From Thermodesulfovibrionales bacterium (GTDB lineage: Bacteria; Nitrospirota; Thermodesulfovibrionia; Thermodesulfovibrionales; SM23-35): a stretch of 64,000 nt of DNA. The stretch covers positions 32,001 through 96,000 of the forward strand of contig CAVQRT010000031.1 in NCBI GenBank assembly GCA_963715195.1, read 5' to 3'. Every line of letters begins with the position of its first letter. Within the stretch, counting starts at the first letter, position 1. The position numbers and the translations under genes are program-made. Of the stretch, positions 63,187 through 64,000 are shown one piece after another. The notes beneath the pieces are model-generated. The model searched no databases, was not told where the DNA came from, and saw nothing but the letters and a program-made list of their open reading frames with translations.

Positions 63187-64000
63187 TTATTTCATGCGGG
63201 CGATGATTGCATCAGCCATCCCCGATGTTGAGGCAGCCGAAGGATCATCGGGCTTTGGTTTGAGGTCGTAGGTAACGTATTTCCCCTCTGCAACGACTGA
63301 CACAACAGCCTGTTCCAGTCTGTCTGCAGCCGTGAACTCGCCTAAATGTCTGAGCATCATCACACCTGAAAGTATCATAGCAAGTGGATTCACTTTGTTC
63401 AACCCTTTATATTTCGGGGCGCTTCCATGAACAGGTTCAAAAACTGCATACTCTTCTCCGAGGTTTGCGCCGGGAGCAACTCCCAACCCGCCGATAAGAC
63501 CCGCTGCCAGGTCGGAAACGATATCTCCGTAAAGATTGGGTAGCACGATCACATCGTAGAGTTCGGGTTTCTGGACAAGCTGCATGCACATGTTATCAAC
63601 AATGCGGTCTTCGAACTCAATATCAGGATACTGTGATGCAATGTTCCGGGAGATTTCCAGGAAGAGTCCGTCCGAATGTTTCATGATGTTCGCCTTATGA
63701 ACAGCGGTGACTTTTTTTCGCTTGTTTTTCTTCGCATATTCAAAGGCATACCGCACAATGCGTTCAGAACCAAAAACGGATATCGGTTTGACGCTTATCC
63801 CTGAATCAGACCTGATGACCTTTCCCGTTAATTCCTGAACCAGTTGAATGACCCTGAAAGCATCCTGCGAGCCCTTTGCAAATTCAATCCCTGCATAGAG
63901 GTCTTCAGTATTTTCCCGAACGATGACAAGGTCGATGTCCTGGAACCGTGTCCTTACACCCTGAAATGTCCTCGATGGTCTCAGGCAGCAATACAGATCC
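63187..64000 (-). CDS. icd: Isocitrate/isopropylmalate dehydrogenase family protein (probably Icd), partial; runs off the right edge
   Basis: [45 protein letters not shown]; near mdh. Confidence 0.75.
   Translation of the reverse strand, partial: DLYCCLRPSRTFQGVRTRFQDIDLVIVRENTEDLYAGIEFAKGSQDAFRVIQLVQELTGKVIRSDSGISVKPISVFGSERIVRYAFEYAKKNKRKKVTAVHKANIMKHSDGLFLEISRNIASQYPDIEFEDRIVDNMCMQLVQKPELYDVIVLPNLYGDIVSDLAAGLIGGLGVAPGANLGEEYAVFEPVHGSAPKYKGLNKVNPLAMILSGVMMLRHLGEFTAADRLEQAVVSVVAEGKYVTYDLKPKPDDPSAASTSGMADAIIARMK

Overview
Bacterial chromosomal window. Gene style suggests an anaerobic Nitrospirota or deltaproteobacterium-like organism (inference). Housekeeping genes (nadB, pyk, mutY, hisG, mfd, ligA, ndk, mdh, icd, tRNA-Pro, tRNA-Val) are interleaved with accessory DNA. 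(i) About 2.1-24.7 kb: UPF0182, a beta-propeller lipoprotein, a PPIase, a PAS kinase, a dead tyrosine integrase, a cold-shock/RNA-chaperone cluster around an 8.7-kb cyclic beta-1,2-glucan synthase, and an RpoD paralog, ending at a copy of the tRNA-Val 3' end. (ii) A Csu-type chaperone-usher pilus cluster with a predicted sigma54 promoter. (iii) A 7.5-kb island bounded by tRNA-Pro and a copy of its 3' end, carrying an arsenic operon (arsE-like, arsR, arsC, acr3, arsP, arsF, arsG, arsM). The best signal is in this island: two genes that the ORF track cuts short (ArsM and a divergent thioredoxin-fold protein) each have an in-frame TGA at an expected Cys position followed by a SECIS-like hairpin, so they are probable selenoproteins. 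The island also holds an RT-less mini group II intron inserted in an attC-like palindrome. A dif-like site at 56.0 kb and converging gene orientation suggest the replication terminus. Many single-base frameshifts fall in short homopolymers and may be sequencing errors.
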